A stretch of 64,000 bases of DNA from Eledone cirrhosa (GCA_964016885.1 OZ024743.1:42346001-42410000); one strand, 5' to 3'. Positions 38,050-52,242 are shown, counted from the first letter of the stretch. A program made the numbers and translations. The notes: generated by a model not told the origin, from the sequence alone.

Positions 38050-39520
38050 TTAGTGGGCGAGGAAAAAATGAGCAGCGCGATTATAAAAGAAATGAATACA
38101 AGGATTATAAACCGTTAAAACATGTTTATATAACAATGCACCTACGTACATTTCGCCCAGAATGGGCTTATCAAGGGCATGGAAAACAAAAAAAATCATC
38201 AATACGCGACCCAGGAGGGGTTTTATTTTTAAATTCACATCAGATTTCATTCTTCGCTTAAGTGGACGTGCTGTTATTACTGCAGAGCAGGGGGAGTAAC
38301 TCCGGTCGGTGCTCGAACAATCTTGTCCCACTTGGTTTATTTACCCATTCACATGAAGGTGGTTTGCGTTATTATTTTATGGTGCTGTTTCACTAATGCC
38401 AGTTCGAGCCGGGTCTGGGATGCACATTTATTATTTTGGGGGTGTTTCTTTACTAATGCCTGTTCGAGCAGGGTCTTGGATGTACATTTATTTCACAGAT
38501 GTTTGTTTACACCGCCTGTCCACCGTAGTGTTATGGTTAGGGCAGGGGGACTCAGTTTATAGTTTTCATGCCACAATCGCTTCCCCGGCGAATTACGACG
38601 CTTGCACTCGGTGCTTATAGTTTATGACTGATTCGGCTCTGCTGTTTATGAGCTCGTTGGGGTGTTCTTATGATGTAGTAAAGCTCCATGAGGCAAAGCT
38701 GGCATTTTCTCATGAAGTTGTAGGGTGCAGCCCTACCGAGAATATCCCAGTGTGTGGAGAAGCTGATGATGGCGTCTTTTAATGTGGTGACGTAATTGGC
38801 AAGTGCCGTGGAGTGCCTTAGTTTTTTGTTTCTGAAAGAGTGGAGATGTCTTCTAAATCTTGTTTTGAACTGGCCAGAGGTTATATAGTGTTTAACTCCA
38901 TTATGGATAGTTACGGTGCACCTATAAGTAACCTTATCAGTCAGGCAGTTTCCCCCGAGGGGGCAGCCTCCCCAGTCACGACAGTTGCATTTTCTGTCAC
39001 GGTCGCTCCTAGTTCCTGAAGTAAAGCTATTACTATTGCTTCCTATGTTGTTATCTATGTCTCTATCTCGGTCATTGGTACTGTTATATCTCAAGGCGTG
39101 CGGTGTTGTACCATTATCCCTCCGCACGCCGCAGCCCGTTCTGTTGCCGGTGGTTGACCCGTGCGGATCACCAGTGTATTCCCCAGTCTCGCCTTGGTTA
39201 CGACGGTTTCTCTTGCGGGGGCTGCCACCAACACTATAGGGTGCTGTTAGGGAGATGTTAAGGTTATTAGTGTTGTTGTCGGGTCTAAATGTATCTGTGC
39301 TAAGGTGTCGTGTTTTGGTGATCTTATTGTGATTAGTTGCTCCTATGACGTCTGCTAGATTGGGGGTGGTAGAGAAGGATATTTTGATAATGTTCGTATT
39401 AAGTATGTTCCTGTATTTATGACTGGGTGGGAAATTCTTCTCTAAAGCTTCGAAGAATATCCTTGGTAGGTGGAACCATAGGACATTACGGTGGAGTTTC
39501 CGCTTTAACGTGGGTTTGGT
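38050..39520 (-). mobile_element. Decayed Penelope-like element (linker plus GIY-YIG) with degenerate terminal HHR
   Basis: ORF 38615-39550: NVLWFHLP...NFPPSHKYRNILNTNIIKISFSTTPNL...CNCRDWGGCPLGGNCL..VTYRC...FKTRFRRHLHSF...CQLCLMELYYI. Confidence 0.88.
38136..38180 (-). ncRNA. Degenerate hammerhead motif at PLE 3' end
   Basis: AUGCCC UUGAUAA GCCCA UUC UGGGC GAAA UGUACG UA GGUGCAU; two substitutions in the CUGAUGA box. Confidence 0.5.
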
Positions 39521-39574
39521 GCAGGTTGTGCTTCCTAGTTGGCTGTACATTCGGTTGTTACTGTGCTGTAGCCA

Positions 39575-39752
39575 TAATTAGTTCTACTTTTGGCACAAGG
39601 CCGGCAATTATCTCAGTGCATTACTGGTACTTTATTTGATCGACCTCCTAAGGATGAAAGGGTAAGTTAACCTCGACGGGATTTGAACTCAGATCGTAGA
39701 GGGACGTAACTATTGTTGAAAGCATGGCGTCCGACGCTCTACCGATACTGTC

Positions 39753-39758
<6 letters not shown>
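39575..39758 (-). mobile_element. SINE, near full length
   Basis: Reverse complement of the SINE consensus. Confidence 0.85.
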
Positions 39759-39814
<56 letters not shown>

Positions 39815-40109
39815 ATAGAGAAATTAATGTGAGCAAGAAGCCACCAGTAATTCATAGATATAAGTGACTATTACGTGAGAAAGGAAAATATTTAACGTAA
39901 GATATGGGAAAATAATTCAATCTCAATTCAAAAAATGTCAAGACAGACATTTTATCCACAGATTTTGTGTAATCCAGGGAAAAACCAATAGAGTCTTAAC
40001 TCAGAATAAAATTCAGGGTAAATATTTATCCTTCAATTTGGAATAATCTACAAATGCTCTATATAGTCTTAAAAAGACTATTTCACGAAACTTTTCATAT
40101 ATATAACTG

Positions 40110-40177
<68 letters not shown>

Positions 40178-40186
40178 GGCTTTTAC

Positions 40187-40588
40187 TAGTGTATCACCCT
40201 TAATAAGTACAGCTCACTGTTCACCTGCCAAACTGTCAGAGCTAGTGAAAATATATGCTATTTTCAAAAATACACAGTGATTGATCGGCCTGAATTGCAT
40301 ATTAGCCGACTGGCTGATCAGTCAGATCTGCATATTAGCAGATCCACTGATCAGCCAGATATACATATCAGCCGGCCATTTATCGCTCGAATACAGGAAA
40401 CTGGCTGGTCAGCCTGCTGATATGCAAATCTGGCTGATCAGTAGATCTGCTAATATGCAGATCTGACTTATCAGCCAGTCTGCTAATATGTGAATCATGC
40501 CGATCAGTCACTGTGTACTTTTGAAAATAGCATATATTTTCACTAGCTCTGACAGTTTGGCAGGTGAACTGATGAAGGGTGATACTAA
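40187..40588. mobile_element. MITE-like palindromic element with internal ~17-bp subrepeats
   Basis: gttcacctgccaaactgtcagagctagtgaaaatatatgctattttcaaaa is mirrored at 40519-40569; ctgatcag/catattagc subrepeats are inverted about the centre. Confidence 0.85.
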
Positions 40589-40718
40589 GAAACATTAGCG
40601 TCTGCAGTTCTGTTCGCATGCCAACATGAGAGCAAGAATGAAGTGTTCATTGTCCTGACATGGCTATAAAATTGAGGCTTGTTTGCAAAATTGCAAACGA
40701 ATCAAATGTTATTATTAA

Positions 40719-40833
40719 GAGTTCAAATCCCGCCGAGGTTAACTTTGCATTTCATCCTTACAGGGTCGATAAAATAAAGTACCATTAATGTACTGGTTAA
40801 TTGTTGGCCTTGTGCCAAAAGTAGAAACAATTA
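40719..40833 (+). mobile_element. 5'-truncated SINE
   Basis: B box through tail. Confidence 0.85.
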
Positions 40834-41148
40834 GTAATATTAAAAAAACTCAGATTATATTTATTAAATATATATATATACAGAGAGAGAGAGAGAGAAT
40901 TCCCAAAACTAATCAGATCAGAGCAAACAACACGGACGCTCGATCTCAAAATTATTTTTGAAAACCATTTAGAAATGCGCAACCGGTAAAAACTTAAAAA
41001 CTTAAAACCACAACTGAATACTAACCCATACAATTACTAATACTCTTTTATTCCTAATTAAACTATTTTTCAACGGTGAACAATTTGTCACCATTTTCTA
41101 TTCCGTTTAGCAATACATAATAACTTGTGTGTTACACCTCTATTCTTT

Positions 41149-41185
<37 letters not shown>

Positions 41186-41368
41186 GATAACGAGTTACCT
41201 TTATGGGCAATCCGGTTAGAGGTTGTGAGTATTGCTTTATTCGACTCAACAAGATGCTTCGATAGTTATGCAGCGAGTTCACGGTAATTTCTATGCAGGT
41301 TGTACTTGGATTAATAATAGTTAAAGAATGAAGAGTAACATGGCTGTACAATAAGGGCTTTATTTAAA

Positions 41369-41479
41369 GTACTGACAATTGTTTCATTGATCAGGTGAGT
41401 CCAGGGTTCGCTAATCGCTTGAGGTTGCGTTATTCGATCTCCAATACATTAGTTACCTCAGGTCAACACATCAGAGTAC
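41369..41479 (-). ncRNA. Hammerhead motif with ~82-nt stem II domain (pLTR copy 1)
   Basis: GUACU CUGAUGU GUUGA...UCAAU GAAA CAAUUG UC AGUAC; 5-bp stem I, palindromic ACAAUUGU, A9 mutated. Confidence 0.6.
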
Positions 41480-41587
41480 ATAGATATGAAAGTAATTCAC
41501 TCGAAGTAAGGATTACATAGAGAAATAGCGTATAATCAAAGCAATAACAGCAATAATAAAATAGCGTGTAATCAAAACAATAACAAC

Positions 41588-41732
41588 AATAATTGTTTCT
41601 ACTTTAGGCACAAGGCCAGCAAATACCCAGTGCATTACTGGTACTTTATTTTATCGACCCCGTAAGGATGAAAGGCAAATCAACCTCGGCGGGATTTGAA
41701 CTCAGATCGTAAAGGGACGTAACTATGCTGGA
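41588..41732 (-). mobile_element. SINE inside the PLE pseudo-LTR, with 12-bp TSD
   Basis: Flanks aacaacaataat (41582-41593) and aacatcaataat (41733-41744); remnant at the equivalent position in the other arm (44748-44800). Confidence 0.85.
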
Positions 41733-44700
41733 AACATCAATAATAAAACATGCATGGTAAATATGTAGAGAAGTTACAGATGTAAAAAGTAAAAAGTAAA
41801 ATATAAGATAGGGTACATTAAAAAATAAGAAAATGAGACAAAGGAAAATATAAAGAAATAAATAAGTGAGAGCGTGTAAGTATATAGTAGTAGTTTTTTT
41901 ACTAAGTGCTCTACTAATGATTCGCTGGTGAGTTTAGTGCTAACATGAGAAACCAGATTCGAGATGTACATATATACGTGTAGAGGGTCCGATAAAGGAA
42001 AAGACAGTAAGTTAGAGATTAATTGGCGGATGCATGTATGATATTTATGGGCTAGGGATGACGTGACATTTGATAAACGCTTGTTGTAAATGTTTCGCTG
42101 ATTGTTCTATCTTAATGGGGTTGATGTTTTTTCAGAGAGAGAGGGTGCAAGAAATGTTCAGAGATTTATGATCCAATGACTAGTTGGCCGTTTGATAGCT
42201 AATAGCAGTGTGATGGTGTGATTTTCTATATGTTAAAATGTAGGTGGTTCAGTACTAATTTTGAGATTGCTGGTTCAAATCATGGTGGTTTGAGGTTTGT
42301 GAATCTAGTAGCTATTTTATGCCTACAGAAAATAGATCTTTCTATTTTGTTGTTAAGAAGCATCCCATCGTACCTTAAGATATGTAGTAGTTCTAAATGA
42401 CAAAGCCCGCACTGGGATATACCGTTGCTGTAGGCTTTTGCTATCGATAATTTTGACCAGCTAATTTTATATTCTAGGTGTTTCTCCTTAAGCTGCCAAA
42501 TTTTATTGGCGAGCGTCGTAGAGTTCTCGAGTGCACGGTTCTTCATAGAGTGCCTGTGGACGTAACACCTTTTCTTGAACTCTCCAGCCGTGAAACCTAT
42601 GTAGTGCCAAGTAGAATTTCTTGAATTCGCAGTACACAGGTATACCATACTCGAATCCAGGCATCTATTCCGTATGGGCTCTTATCCGGTAAGTGGAAAT
42701 TACAATTTGAGGTTTTACTTCGTCCAGGTTCATCGTTGCGGTTTTGTAAGTTGTTGTGGGTGGGTTGTAATTTAGGCATATTAATGTTGTGTTGTGATGT
42801 GTTCTGATGCGTTTGTGGTTGTGATGTTGTTATGTTTTTGTGTTTTGTATTTTCAGCTATGGTGCGTGTTGGTAGGTTATTTTCTTTAGATATATTTTTG
42901 TGGTTGATCTTAGGTATGTGCGATTCTATGTAGGCTGCAGTAGAGTAGAAATGTTTTATTGTTTTTCTATTGAAGATTTTATGGTATTTGTGTAGTGTAG
43001 GGAAGTGCTTATCTATTAGTTTAAAGAATGTAGAAGGTAGTTTAGTTTTTATAGAGGAGTTGAATATTGGATTAAACCATAGGTATTTTCTATCTCTGGA
43101 TCTTCCATAGTTTTTGGGGGTCCTTGTATTAGTGTTATGTTCTGTTATTTTTGGTGCTCGTTGTCTAATTCTATGCTTAGTCCTATGCTTGTTATTTCTA
43201 TATGAGCGGGTAGTGTTTTTGTCGTTAGGTTTGTTGTTGTCTCTATCTAGTATGTATTCCAGGTTCTCCTTATGTCCAACCTTATGTAAAGCTATGTTAT
43301 AATAGTTTGCGTGTTCGTTAAACATTTCTAGGTTCGAAGATAGGCGGGATATTCTGAGGGATATACTATGTGCTATGGAGTTAATTATGGATCGGGAGTG
43401 GTTTGAGTTATAACTAATGTAGGCTAGAGTTTCGTTATTCTTATGGAAGGGCTCTATTAATTCTGTGTTTAGGTTGAGAGTTACATCTAAGATATTTGCT
43501 TTTTTATAGTTAAGTTCGAAAGTGATACCGAGGCCATGGTCTGATTATTTAGGTTTTTGGCTAGAAGGAGTGTATCCTCTCTGTAAATCCTCATTGTAGG
43601 TTATTGAATTCCTTATGTAAGTTGTGCGCTATTCATATTCCCACCAAGTCCGTTACTTGCGCTGAGTCGTTAGACCCCATTGTGATATTGAGGCTATTCT
43701 GTCTGTTTTTTCGTTCCCAGTAACTATTTTCGAATATAATGATAGTCCTTCTAGCAGCTAGTATTATTTTAATTTCATCCGAGCTAAGGTCCGAATTGTT
43801 CTGGGCAAAGGTTAGCGCTTTACCCAGGGTGACTGGGGATATGGATGAGTAGTAGTCATTAATGTCGAATTGTACGCAGTTAGATATTTCTCTACTGTTT
43901 ATTTTGCTGAACCAGTCCATTGCTTCGTTAGTGTTACCCCATAGCTTAATAACTAGTTTGTCCTTAATGTGTGCGATTACTCTATCTACTATGTAATTGC
44001 TAATTCTACCGATATCCGACTTAGATGGGCATATTAATCTAATTGTGGTGTCTATTTCGAAATTATTTTTGTGATCCTTTAGGGTAAATGTGGGGTTACA
44101 AGGGGTTAGAGGCTCGGTTCTATCAGATATTTTCAGTTTTTTACTATGTTAAATCCTTCCTTATTAATGTTAGTGAGTGCAGATTCTGTTGTTGTTTATT
44201 TTGTATTTTTTGTGCAATTCCCGGCGTATAAAATTATTGTATGTATTGACGCTCATGGTGTATACGTTTGATGTTGTGTCTGCCTTTACTATACTATCGT
44301 TGGTGTTGCGTAGTTCTTTTAGTAGTGCATCGATGTCGTTTTGCTGATTTCTTTCACCCTCTCTCCCTGAAACAACATCAACCCCATTAAGATAGAACAA
44401 TCAGCAAAACATTTACAACAAGCGTTTATCAAATGTCCCGTCATGCCTAGTCCATAAATATCATACATGTATCCGCCAATTAATCTCTAATTTATTGTAT
44501 TTTCTTTTATCGGACCTTCTACACGTATCTATGTACATCTCGAATCTGGTTTCTCGTGTTAGCACTAAACTCACCAGCGAATCCTTAGAAGAACACTTAC
44601 TCAAAAACTACTACTATATACTTACACGCTCTCATTTATTTATTTCTTTATATTTTCCTTTGTCTCATTTTCTTATTTTTTAATGTAGCCTATCTTATAT

Positions 44701-44911
44701 TTTACTTTTTACCTTTTACATCTGTAACTTTTTTAACTATTTACCATTACCAGTAATGCACTGGGTAATTGCTGGCCTTGTGCCTAAAGTAGAAACAATT
44801 ATTGATGTTATTGTTTTGATTATACGCTATGTTATTATTGCTGTTATTGTTTTGATTATACGCTATTTCTCTATATAAGTCTTGCTTCGAGTGAATTACT
44901 TTCATATCTAC

Positions 44912-45022
44912 GTACTCTGATGGGTTGACCTGAGGTAAATAATGTATTGGAGATCGAATGACGCAACCTCAAGCGATTAGCGAACTCTAGACTCACCTGA
45001 TCAATGAAACAATTGTCACTAC
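44912..45022 (+). ncRNA. Hammerhead motif with ~82-nt stem II domain (pLTR copy 2)
   Basis: gtact ctgatgg gttga...tcaat gaaa caattg tc actac. Confidence 0.55.
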
Positions 45023-45418
45023 TTTAAATAAAGCCCTTATTGTACAGCCAACGATGTTACTCTTCATTCTTTAACTATATACACTCATATATGAAAACAC
45101 AACCTGTGACAACCCCCCTCTTATTTGAAGAACTATTGTAACGCGAACTGGCGCGAAATTTATTATAATTATTGACCAACCAATCAAATTAGTTCTCGAA
45201 AAACCTGGCATTTTGAGCCACTTTTTCCATATATATAAAACAAGTAACATTCAGAGACCAACCAGATGTGAGAAAAACCACAGACCCTCTATTTCAACTC
45301 TACTTTTGAAAAGCAGAAGAACTGCGAAACCGGTAAAGGAACCACATAAATATATATATTTAAAAAAAAAATAAGACTCCAGTTGCATTTTTGATTTCAT
45401 CTTTTTTTCTATATATAT

Positions 45419-45476
45419 ATGTATTCTCTTCGAATAGCTTTGTAATCTGTAAACCGATATATCTGTAATCTGTAAA

Positions 45477-45522
<46 letters not shown>

Positions 45523-45570
45523 CAGATATATCGGTTTACATATTACAAAGCTATTCGAAGAGAATACATA
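45419..45570. repeat. Foldback with (TA)n centre
   Basis: gtattctcttcgaatagctttgtaatctgtaaaccgatatatctgt is mirrored by acagatatatcggtttacatattacaaagctattcgaagagaatac. Confidence 0.85.
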
Positions 45571-48500
45571 TCTTTGTTATGCTGTGAAATATTTCACCAG
45601 TAAAAGCCATCAAATCCTTATTAGCTCTACAGCGAATCTCTTTTTAATACGACCAATATCACACTTGAACGAAACATTCTCTTGTTAATTACTATTCTGG
45701 ACATGTAACGTTTTCGACAAAATAAAGAAGTCTTGTGTGCAATGTTAGAATAAAAGGAAATGGAAACGGAATTTCAGCGAAGAACATTTCCATTTTAAAT
45801 AATTTCAAAAAGTGCTTCATGTTCTATTAGAGATGGGAAAAAATAGTCGCATTATAGAAATTTCCCTGAACAGGAATTTCAAAAATAATTTCAACGCAAA
45901 CGTTGACACTGGCCTAAAACGATTATTTTGTTTCATTTACATTATTTTTCTTGTCTCTTTCAACATCAAAGTTAATACTACCTCAATGATCAATTATTTG
46001 TAATGCAATTTCAATAGGAAAATATTGAAGTACCTGCCTTCATCAATTTAACACATTGGTTTCACTTTCAATACGAACCATGTCAATTGATACATTTCAT
46101 TCAATATTTCTTTGATATTTCATTATTTTTTTCTTTGCGTTTTACCCTTAAATTTGGATCGTATAAAATTATTCACCGTTATATTGGTGGCTTCTGTTAA
46201 AAGGAAACACACACATACACACGCGCACACGCGCACACGCACTGAAACACAAATCTATTAACATTTCATACGGCAAAAAGCAACGTTCTTGCCTGAATTG
46301 AAAATTACCGTTCATTTCGTAATGCTATCTCAATAGATAATATAATATGCTGTACTTCGTTCATTGATTTTAACCATATTTTGAATTCAATTTGAAAAGT
46401 GGTAAATAAATATGCAGCGAATAATCACCATTTCGTCGAAACAATTATCTAGACAAATAATCAATTTCTTAACGTAATTGAAATAATTAGTTAAACAATA
46501 TTTAGTATTATTAATTTAACTGGCTCTGTCTTCATCGAATATTTCAAGAAAGTTCCTTCAATGTACAGAATGTATGAGACATATATTTCTCTTAATGTTG
46601 GTATCATTCAATTTCCCCTAACGCAATTGTTATTATAGATTAATTATAGCGAATAGTTTAATAGAATTTTACAAATGTTGGATGTAAATGAAATGGAATG
46701 TTCGAAGTTAATTATCAGAATATATGAAACCAATTATTCTAATTTATATATCTCGCGTACATACCATACATTTAGAAAGATATGTCGCGGCAACAATTTT
46801 CAAATAAACATTGATTATTTTATGATTTGATCATAGTGCAATGGTTAAAATATTTGTGATATATCACCAATATACTATTATTTTAATGTTTTCCTACTAA
46901 TTCTATATAACGTTTGATACATCATATTACATACATTCACTGGGCTTGTAGATATCAGCATCACAAATGCAGGGCAAATCCTTTTGCGGTATTTAGGCCA
47001 GTATTATTTAGTAGAACTAACTTTGTAATAAGATACAGCAGTATACCATTGGATTTAATTTAACCGTTTTGACTGTTGCTAAATAATGTTGATATCATTA
47101 TCAATAAGTAATGGGAAAATAATTACAATATAACCATAACATTTTGTTTAACGACGATGCACCTCATAAGGCACGTATTCAAAACGGATAAAATACGTTA
47201 TTCAACCAATGAATTGTATCCCACATATTAATTGAGCTCTGTATCTGCAATGAGTTCGAATGCTGAACCAGTACACGATGTTCCTTAAATTTCATAGGAA
47301 ATCATTTATGTAGCATGACGTCTAATGATCAGTAGAATCTGACGTTGTACCATAACCTTTTTCGTGGAGTCGGATTGGTGATGTCATATATTATTAATTG
47401 AAGTTATATATTAGCAATTTTAAATTTGGCACCGACCATCACTCCCCTACTCTCAGCCCACCCTATTTCATCCAGAGAGAAGGAGATAGAATGAAAGAGA
47501 GACAGAACGAAAGCGTGAGAGTAAGAAGATAATTGAAATGTGAATGAATTTTCTGCTTACACTTTTCATGAATATAATACGCTCATAACAATCAATTCAA
47601 TATTATAAAGGTAGATACACTCCTCTCCCATGAATGCGTTTGATTCCCCACCGAGGAATTATACCTGTCACATGTTGATACGTTAATTGTTTAAACGAGT
47701 AAAGGACTAAATCGAAATCCTCTACGATGGTTCAGATAACGCCGTTAATTTGCCTGATCTAAAATGACCCACTAACTATATTTAATACGATATATGCGTA
47801 TCATCGTTTGTTTAATCTCAAGAAAATCTAAGATTAATATTTTCTGAAAGCAAAGAAAAGTATACAAATACCTAAGGGCCAAGGTATGTCGGGGACCATT
47901 AACTTCTGCTGGATTCATAGGTTCACCGTCACAATGTATCGTATGTCATGGACATTTCTTTTTAAACTTCTTTGAAACAATCGATTGTTCGAGCTAAAAA
48001 AAAAGAGCAATGAAACAAAATTCCAAAAGGGAAATAGTGAGAGGATCGACCACAGTACCAGATTGGTACATGATGTCTCGATCTGAAAATAATCAGAATT
48101 AAAGTTAGACGCTATTAGATGTGATCGAGTGTAAATAGCTGGAACAAATATATTACATATTCTAACCGATATTCTGACGACTCCACCATTGTAATGCTCC
48201 GAATATAAGTAGTAATTACCAAGTTGATCAGATATTCCGAATATATTGAAATCATAATTTTTAAAAAGTATTATCATTTATAAAGGTAAAAAGAAAAAGA
48301 AAATCCTAATCAATAATGGAGTTATTTATATTATTTAGATTGATGCATGTAAATCACTTCTAAGATGCTAACTGTCAATATGACTTAAAATGAATAAATA
48401 TGTTTTTACTGTTTTCAAGAGAATATTCAGAATAAATCCATTATGTATTGCGTATGTGTGCTGTTGTTGTTTTCATTTTGCTTTCATAATATTTTCGCTA

Positions 48501-50223
48501 TAATTCTATTAAATTGAAAAGAAATATTTGTTTTAAGAATGAATTGAACTATATGCATAAATATTTAGCTATTTCAAGCAGCTAGAATGTACATGAATAA
48601 TTATAGATTCTAAATGCATATACACACCTAGGCATTAACAATAACAATTCTCTAAGCAGGTACAGAGGAAAGTGTGAATGTGTGATATCAGCTAGATGTA
48701 TTAATATTATTAAGACGTATGGCATTGAAATATAAGCCAACTGATATAAGCTAAGAAATATTATTTTTTACCATCCAATTGTAACTTTAAATCTGAGTGA
48801 ACACATTAAATGAAGTAAAAACTAGATTGCAATTATGTACTTTGCTTTCGATTCTCCTGCTAGGCACAATCAGAAACTCTGTTATACCGTAGTATCTGGT
48901 CACTCGGAATTTTGTGAAACATCTAATTACTGTGCTTGTGTGGTAAGAGTAACACAATACCCGTTTTAAAACCAGCATCGATGAATTTATTGGCTCTTAT
49001 GCTTTTTGAGTAAAACGTCTTTCTGAAGAACGTAATTGGAATTGCCCTTATATTTGTAATGCAGCCTTTAGAAAACTGACATTTGGGATGACATATATTG
49101 AGAGACATACTGGTAGCCAGTTGTACTGCTCACAGAAAGATATGCAGTTTTATGTTTCCCCATAAACCTTTTGGGTTACAGAGAACTACGACTATACGCA
49201 GGATGATATATCTAAGGTCTGCACCGGTGGGAAGCATTCAATGTTTCGATGAAATAAACTTAAAGCTCGTGGATTAACATGCAAGTGGCCGAATATTCCG
49301 TGTGTATAATGTACTCAAGTAGCCAGCGGATTCAAGATATTTCAATATCTTTCAAGGCATATAACCTTCGAATTAAGATAAAATACCACCTCATAATTTT
49401 CCATATATTTTCTAATTTCATTCGCAGGCTCTGGGCGAATTCATGCTTATGTTCAAAAACATAACACGATTCAATGGAATGAAACCGAGATCCCATGATT
49501 AACGAGCGGAATAATCCAAAAGTGGGCTACATCTGCTACTAATATGTTTGTATGTAGGCGTTCAACCGATACGCACACATTTAAAGCAGGCATTGGGAAA
49601 AGCCATCGCCACATACCACATATCAACGCCGGTCCTTTGAATTTCAATTAAGTCTTATGATAGACATAAAAAGTCTACTGAATTTCCCTCACTAGCTGTG
49701 AAATTGCACCCGAGTCCTAACGATTGTGAAGCAAACTTATAAACCATCGGTCCATACTGATACCAATTTCCTTTCAAGTTCTGATGTTCGGGTTTCTGAA
49801 ATAAATATTTCGGAATATTAATACTGCAGATAATACGGCGGACGAAATGCCTCGCTGTATTTATTCGGGTACATTCACTCCTGAGTTAAAAATCCCATAT
49901 TTAACGATTTTTCTTTTACCTTTCCAGGAAAAAGGGTGATAAATATAACTATCAGTCTAGTATTATAGACAATTTGGTTCCTTTTCGTATTGGAAATGAT
50001 AATGTACATTATTTGTTCCGGTTCTTTCAGTTTTAATTACACCCGTCTGCCACACACTCGGTTAGAAACATTATATCTAAACTAAGATAGTATACTGAAA
50101 TACCTCTGGAATAATTTACATATTTTAGATCACACTAGCAAAAGAATTTGTAACAAATAATGTAATAATGAAACGTTATTAATCCAATGTAAAGGGCGGA
50201 GATTATGCGACATTATAGCCTTA

Positions 50224-50411
50224 AGGCGGTGGATTGGCAGTATCGGTAGAGGGTCAGTCGCCATGCTTTTCAGCAAAGAGTTAGGGCCCTTTATGATCTG
50301 AGATCAAATCCGCCAAGGTTAACTTTGCCTTTCATCCTTACGGGGTCGATAAAAAAAAGTAGCAGTAATACACTGGGATAATTACTGGCCTTGTGCCAAA
50401 AGTAGAAACAA
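50224..50411 (+). mobile_element. SINE, full length
   Basis: ggcggtggattggcagtatcggtagaggg...ggccttgtgccaaaagtagaaacaa. Confidence 0.85.
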
Positions 50412-52242
50412 GTAAAGCCAATCCGAGAATGTATTAAACAGGGTGATGGTAGAATTTGAACTCAGAAAGTAAATAGTCATAAGAAATATACCTAATGTTT
50501 TCAAAATTCCGTTCATCTAACATATCTAGACAAAACTAACTTCGGTGGTACTGGACCTCGGAGCACATGCATCTGGAATAAAACAGCAATATATTTCGTC
50601 TGACTCTTTAGTATATCTAATAATTTACCAAAATATCTTTAAGCCAGGTATGACATTGCGGTATATTTCAACACAAATTCCCTATCGTACAAATACACGC
50701 ACACCCTCATACGTAAGTAGACACGCATACACACACAATCATAAACCCACGTAATGTATATCTGATCAGAACAAATCCCTTGTCATCTACCATCTTCACG
50801 ACAAAATGACAGCTTCGGAATGTTAAATGTTCAATGAATGTCACCTAGCCTTCTATTGTTTGACACCTCTCTGACTTACCTCGTTGTAGGCAACGTCTGT
50901 AAAAAATGTATTGAGAATTTGTTTCTGGTTCTTTACAATTCCAGCCTGATACTTGACTGATATATTTTCATTAACGTTTGTGGGTTGATAAGATAAAATA
51001 TCAGTGAAACATTTATGCTAATATAATCAATTTTCACTTTTTCACAAACTGCTGGGCTTGTTCTTAAATTAGAACTCATTATGCATGTATTACAATACTG
51101 GTAGCATTATCTGAACCATTGACCATAAGACTAGCAAGGTGGATACTATCTATCTATCTATTCGCAATATGCACCAAAGTCTCTATTGAGACAACGATTT
51201 TAAAATAAATCACTAAGAAAATAGATGATAAAAATTTCTGGAATATTCTACGACATTTATTATCGAAACAATTTAGCATGGATAAAAATAGGAAAATTGC
51301 AATAAGCAGAAAGTCAAGCGATATCCACGCTTTTCTTTAGCCATATGGAATTATATGTAAATATCAGTAGAACGAACATATGTATGCAGAATAATCAAAC
51401 AGTCGTAAAATATACAGAATCCACATTCATTTGAACCGAATCAATCGATATTGGCATAATATCAGTAAGCTACTTTCTCATGGCTTTTGATTTCTATGTA
51501 TCTTATATTTACATGTGAAATCTTCGCAATAGCAAATATGTATGCAAAATGTATGCAAAGTAAGGAGCTATGGAAACTCAATAAACCTGAGATATATCTT
51601 TCAATGCAAGATTGTTCCGATTCCTGGTACATCATTAATGGTAGGTTTTTACGATTGCGCAAATTTACATGTTTCGAAACGACTCACATCTCTAAAATAA
51701 GATACAGCATAGCAACCAGGGATGGTGGCGAGGAGGAACGGTAATTATTAGGGCATGACGGTGTTAATATAGGATCCATCGATAAAGTCGGTCACATATT
51801 ACTGTGAGAGACAAGAGAAGAGAGAGAGAGAGACAGGGAGAGAGAGAGGTCAGCTAAGATATAAAACAATAGTGAATACACGTGAAATATGTGATTGTTA
51901 GACGCTGCATACAAATGATATTAAAGGAATAAAAGCATTATAATGCAAAGTCCCATTGTGAACTATTGCAAGATGTAGAAAAATATTATGAATATATTAG
52001 ACTATATATACATTCCACACTATAATTTTGAATAGGTTAAACCATATGCTATACTATAATTATTTTTATCTTTATTCAATCTACAAGGTCTATACAACAG
52101 CCACATCTGTTTAGGGTTTATACTAAAATTAAGCCAGGCATTCGGAGATTTAAGGCTGTGCTAATGGAAAGCATTACACAATATAAAAAGCACCGAATAA
52201 ATCATTACTCTCTTTCATTAATATTAACGAAAACATGTACAC

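Larger units (their letters stand above)
41319..45077 (-). mobile_element. Penelope-like element (decayed RT plus GIY-YIG) flanked by inverted pseudo-LTRs (41319-42155 and 44348-45077)
   Basis: RT motifs IVKADTTSNVY, VQFDINDYYSSIS, ITMGSNDSAQVTDLVG, GIYRED; YLWFNPIF; EN VYLC...YIGFTAGEFKKR..H...CGLCHLE. The two arms are reverse complements. Confidence 0.92.

Noticed and set aside
47872-47993. In-frame TGA in C-P-*-H read as selenocysteine
   Set aside because: No recognisable selenoprotein fold or SECIS; the exon itself is unconfirmed.
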